A stretch of 64,000 nucleotides of DNA from NCBI GenBank assembly GCA_965221125.1, contig CBDCRW010000006.1, forward strand, positions 544,001 through 608,000. The letters run 5' to 3'. The position numbers were made by a program, and so were the translations under genes. Below the pieces are notes generated by a model. The model was not told the DNA's origin, searched no databases, and saw only the letters and a list, made by a program, of their open reading frames with translations. Every line of letters begins with the position of its first letter. Within the stretch, counting starts at the first letter, position 1. Below are positions 60,667 to 64,000 of the stretch, piece after piece. Origin of the DNA: Alphaproteobacteria bacterium. GTDB lineage: Bacteria; Pseudomonadota; Alphaproteobacteria; UBA828.

Positions 60667-61575
60667 GTGACCGACGGCAGCGTGATTCCCCCGTCCAACA
60701 GGAGCCCGCTCAAGCTCGCCTTCCTCGCGCCACCGGCCGGCTACTACGCGATCTTCTTCATCGCGCCCCTGGCCTTCCTCGTCGTTCTCGGCTTCTGGAT
60801 CGTGCGCGACTACCAGATCGTCGCCGAGTTCTCGGTCGGCAACTACGTCGACATCTTCTCCCAGTTCTTCAGCCGCTCGCGCTTCGGCTGGGCGCTGATC
60901 CAGTCGGTCTACATCGCGGTGACCACCAGCGTGTTCGCCGTGATCTTCTGCTACTTCCTGGCGATGGGGATCGTCTTCTGCGTGCCTGAGCGCTATCAGC
61001 GGCTCTTCCTCGTGCTCGCGATCCTGCCGTTCTGGAGCAGCTACATCCTGCGGCTTTTCGCCTGGCAGCTGATCCTGGCGCAGAAGGGGGTGCTCAACTA
61101 CGTCCTCGGCGGGCTCGGCCTCGACGATCCCCTGATCATCACGAACACGCAGATCGGCACGCGCATCGGCCTGATCCACTACCTCTCGCCGATCCTGATC
61201 ATCATCCTCTACATCACGCTCATCAACGTGAACCGGAACCTGATCGAGGCGGCGCGCGAGCTGGGCGCCACGCGCCTGCAGGCGTTCTGGCGCGTCATCG
61301 TGCCGCTCAGCCGGCTCGGACTGACGTTCGCCTTCGGCTTCGGCGTGATCGTGAGCTTCGGCGACGTGCTTTCCGGCCTGCTCGTCGGCGGCGGGATCGG
61401 GCAGTCCTTCCTCGGCTCGTATCCGCTCTACTCCAACATGATCATGGCCGACTACAACAGCTACACCAACCTGCCCCGCACGGCCGCGCTAGCGACGGTC
61501 ATGGTCGTCATCATGGTGGTGATGCTGGTGGTCGCCTACCGCATGGCCGACCACGCCAGAGAGCGGCTGGCCTGA
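60667..61575 (+). CDS. PotB-like ABC permease
   Basis: ILPFWSSYILR and EAARELGA (EAA loop); multiple TM helices. Confidence 0.9.
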   Translation: MTDGSVIPPSNRSPLKLAFLAPPAGYYAIFFIAPLAFLVVLGFWIVRDYQIVAEFSVGNYVDIFSQFFSRSRFGWALIQSVYIAVTTSVFAVIFCYFLAMGIVFCVPERYQRLFLVLAILPFWSSYILRLFAWQLILAQKGVLNYVLGGLGLDDPLIITNTQIGTRIGLIHYLSPILIIILYITLINVNRNLIEAARELGATRLQAFWRVIVPLSRLGLTFAFGFGVIVSFGDVLSGLLVGGGIGQSFLGSYPLYSNMIMADYNSYTNLPRTAALATVMVVIMVVMLVVAYRMADHARERLA

Positions 61576-61577
61576 CG

Positions 61578-62396
61578 ATGGGCCGGTTCAACCTCTACGT
61601 CCGCGACAACGGCTACCGCATCGCAGGGCGGGTCTACCTCTTTCTCGGCTTCATCTTCCTGCTGCTGCCGATCGCCTTCCTGATCCTCTTCTCGTTCCAG
61701 AAGAACGTCTATTCTTCGCTCCCGCTCCAGGGCTGGTCCATGCAGTGGTACGACAAGCTGGTCGACGACGGCGTCCTCTTCGATGCGCTGCTGAACAGCC
61801 TCTACGTCTCGCCCATCGCGGCGACGGCGGCCTCGATCATCGGCTTCCTCGCGGCCTATGCGATCAACCGCTTCGTCTTTCCCGGCCGCCTGCTGATGGC
61901 GACGATCCTGATCCTGCCGATCCTGATACCGCCGCTGATCCTGGGCGTCTCGCTGCTGGGCCTGCTGTCGCGCCTCGGGCTGCACGGCCAGCTCTACAGC
62001 ATCATCATCGCGCACACGCTGCTGCTGACCGCGCCCGCCATGGCGATCATCCAGCTTCGCCTCGCCCAGATGCCGCCCGCGCTGGAGGAGGCCGCCTGGG
62101 ACCTCGGCGCGAACGAGCTTCAGACCGTCTGGCGCGTGGTGCTGCCCTGGGCGCTGCCCGGCATCGCCGGCGGCTGGCTGCTGGCGTTCACCTTCTCGTT
62201 CGACGAGTTCATCATCGCCTGGTTCGTCTCGGGCTTCGACCAGACGCTGCCGGTCGCCGTCTACAACGTGATGATCGCCTCGCACGACCCCTCGCTGAAC
62301 GCGATCGGGACGATCGTGTTCGGCCTGCTGCTGCTGGCCCTGCTCGGGGCCGAGCTGCTGATCATTCCGCTCTTCATGAGGCGCCGCACCGCCTGA
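61578..62396 (+). CDS. PotC-like ABC permease
   Basis: SMQWY, LEEAAWDLGA, FTFSFDEF, TLPV motifs. Confidence 0.92.
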   Translation: MGRFNLYVRDNGYRIAGRVYLFLGFIFLLLPIAFLILFSFQKNVYSSLPLQGWSMQWYDKLVDDGVLFDALLNSLYVSPIAATAASIIGFLAAYAINRFVFPGRLLMATILILPILIPPLILGVSLLGLLSRLGLHGQLYSIIIAHTLLLTAPAMAIIQLRLAQMPPALEEAAWDLGANELQTVWRVVLPWALPGIAGGWLLAFTFSFDEFIIAWFVSGFDQTLPVAVYNVMIASHDPSLNAIGTIVFGLLLLALLGAELLIIPLFMRRRTA

Positions 62397-62426
62397 GCGC
62401 GCCGCGGGCCAGGGAAGGAACGTGCC

Positions 62427-62942
62427 ATGGACAAGACGGACTACATGCAGCGCGCCATCGACCTCGCGCGCGAGAAGATGAACGAGGGCACCGGCTACTG
62501 GCCGTACGGCTGCGTCATCGTCAAGGACGGCGAGATCGTGGGCGAGGGCTGCAACGACATGGGTTTCTCGCTGGATCCCACGGGCCACGGCGAGATCGTG
62601 GCTCTCCGCGACGCCTGCAAGCGGCTCGGCACCATGGACCTCACCGGCTGCGAGCTCTACACCAGTTGCGAGCCCTGTTCGCTCTGCTCCAGCGCGATCT
62701 GGCTGACGAACATCGCCAAGGTCTATTACGGCGCCTCGCTGGAGGATTGCCGCGGACACGGCTCGGACTTCGACCCGCTGCGCCGCGACGTCGCCAAGCC
62801 GATCCACGAGCGGAGCATCCCGGCCGAGCGCGTCCTCGGCGAGCAGGGGAGCGCCCTGCTGGCGGAGTGGGCTGAAATGATCAGGACCGATCCGGCGATG
62901 CAGGAGCAGCGCAGCCGGGCCGCCCCCATCGGCGAGCGCTAG
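62427..62942 (+). CDS. Zinc-dependent nucleobase/nucleoside deaminase (GuaD/TadA-like fold)
   Basis: DPTGHGEIVALRDAC...LYTSCEPCSLC (HxE...PCxxC). Confidence 0.9.
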   Translation: MDKTDYMQRAIDLAREKMNEGTGYWPYGCVIVKDGEIVGEGCNDMGFSLDPTGHGEIVALRDACKRLGTMDLTGCELYTSCEPCSLCSSAIWLTNIAKVYYGASLEDCRGHGSDFDPLRRDVAKPIHERSIPAERVLGEQGSALLAEWAEMIRTDPAMQEQRSRAAPIGER

Positions 62943-62986
62943 GCGGGGTCGGGCGGGCGTCGCGGACGAGCGGCCGGAGGGCGATC

Positions 62987-63400
62987 ATGAGCCTCGATGC
63001 CTTGCGCAATCTGACCGACATCGGCCTCTTCGTCTCGGACCTGGAGCGCGCTATTGCGTTCTACGGCGAGACGATGGGCTTCGCGCTCAAGCGCCGCGAC
63101 ATCGGCTTCGCCGAGTTCTACACCAACGGCGTGGGCCTCGCGCTCTGGGAGGTCTCGGACGTGACGCAGGCGCTCGAACTGGAGAAGACGCCGCGGCAGG
63201 GTCTATCCGTCATGGTGGCGGTTCGCGTGGAGACGGCGGACGCCGTGGACGCGCTCCACGACGCGCTGGCGGCCAAGGGCGTGACCATCGTCCAGGCGCC
63301 GACCACCCACGCCTGGAACGCACGCACCACCTACTTCAGCGACCCGGACGGCAACCTCTGGGAGATCTACGCCTGGGTCGACGCCCCGCGAACGGTCTGA
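62987..63400 (+). CDS. VOC/glyoxalase family protein
   Basis: IGLFVSDLERAIAFY...W..RTTYFSDPDGNLWEI motifs. Confidence 0.92.
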   Translation: MSLDALRNLTDIGLFVSDLERAIAFYGETMGFALKRRDIGFAEFYTNGVGLALWEVSDVTQALELEKTPRQGLSVMVAVRVETADAVDALHDALAAKGVTIVQAPTTHAWNARTTYFSDPDGNLWEIYAWVDAPRTV

Positions 63401-63419
63401 GCGTGGTCAGGCGCGCCGA

Positions 63420-63448
63420 TTGGCCGCCGGTGGCCGCGGCCCTATAGT
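63420..63448 (+). promoter_or_regulatory. Putative sigma70 promoter of the PfkB kinase
   Basis: TTGGCC (63420-63425), 17 nt spacer, TATAGT (63443-63448). Confidence 0.55.
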
Positions 63449-63494
63449 CCCGCCGCCGCCGCGCACGCGGCAGACGTTCCGGGAGGAGGTGCGG

Positions 63495-64000
63495 ATGGGG
63501 TCGCTGGATGTCGTCGGGATCGGCAACGCAATCGTGGACGTGGTGGCCGAAGCCGACGACGCACTGCTCGCCGAAGAAGGCATGCCCAAGGGCTCGATGA
63601 CCCTGGTCGACGCCGCGCGCGCCGACACGCTCCGCGCCCGCATGGGGCCTGCGGTCGAGGTCTCCGGCGGCTCGGCGGCCAACACCATGGTGGGCGTGGC
63701 AAGGCTCGGCGGCGCGGCCGGCTACGTCGGCAAGGTGCGGGACGACGCGGCGGGCGGGGTGTTCCGCCGCGACATCCAGGAGGCGGGCGTCGCCTTCGCG
63801 ACGCCGGCGGCGGATGGCGCCGCGACCGCTCGCTGCCTGATCTTCGTCACCCCCGATGCCCAGCGCACGATGGGCACTCATCTCGGCGCCTGCGTCGAGC
63901 TCGGCCCCGCCGACATCGATCCGGATTTCATCGCGCGCGCCCGGCTGCTCTACATGGAGGGCTATCTCTGGGATCCGCCGGCGGCCAAGGAGGCCTTCCG
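63495..64000 (+). CDS. PfkB family adenosine kinase (runs off the window end)
   Basis: MGSLDVVGIGNAIVDV...KGSMTLVD...SGGSAANT...TPDAQRTM...YMEGYLWD; GGAGG RBS. Confidence 0.9.
   Translation, partial: MGSLDVVGIGNAIVDVVAEADDALLAEEGMPKGSMTLVDAARADTLRARMGPAVEVSGGSAANTMVGVARLGGAAGYVGKVRDDAAGGVFRRDIQEAGVAFATPAADGAATARCLIFVTPDAQRTMGTHLGACVELGPADIDPDFIARARLLYMEGYLWDPPAAKEAF

Overview
High-GC (roughly 70% by eye) alphaproteobacterial chromosome segment; gene content and order suggest a Rhodospirillales-like lineage (inference). Bases 1-45.6 kb are mostly core genes: tldD, the aa3 cytochrome c oxidase operon, M32 carboxypeptidase, zapA-6S RNA-ygfA-ymdB, dapF-mtaB-ftsY, yejABEF, dapD/dapE, AsmA, DegP with an OmpR-type two-component pair, nth, bactofilin, rluB-rsmD, prpE, hldE and uvrD. 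Three stand-alone type II toxin-antitoxin modules (ParDE, VapBC, RelBE) and an orphan luciferase-like monooxygenase interrupt this core. Bases about 45.7-63.4 kb form an accessory, apparently catabolic island with two divergent arms. The tightly coupled minus-strand arm encodes an NMT1/THI5-type ABC importer, FAD oxidoreductase, class III CoA-transferase, enoyl-CoA hydratase, actinobacterial-type 7Fe ferredoxin, LysR, a uracil-DNA-glycosylase-fold protein lacking the DNA-intercalation loop, GMC oxidoreductase, NIPSNAP and an AlkB-like protein. The plus-strand arm encodes an IPNS-family 2OG-Fe(II) oxygenase, a PotD-type ABC importer, a zinc nucleobase deaminase and a VOC protein. This island is the best candidate for an undescribed system, hypothesised to take up and degrade or salvage modified nucleobases or nucleosides. 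I saw no rRNA, tRNA, CRISPR array, integrase or transposase. All product calls come from motif recognition and gene context; no searches were run.
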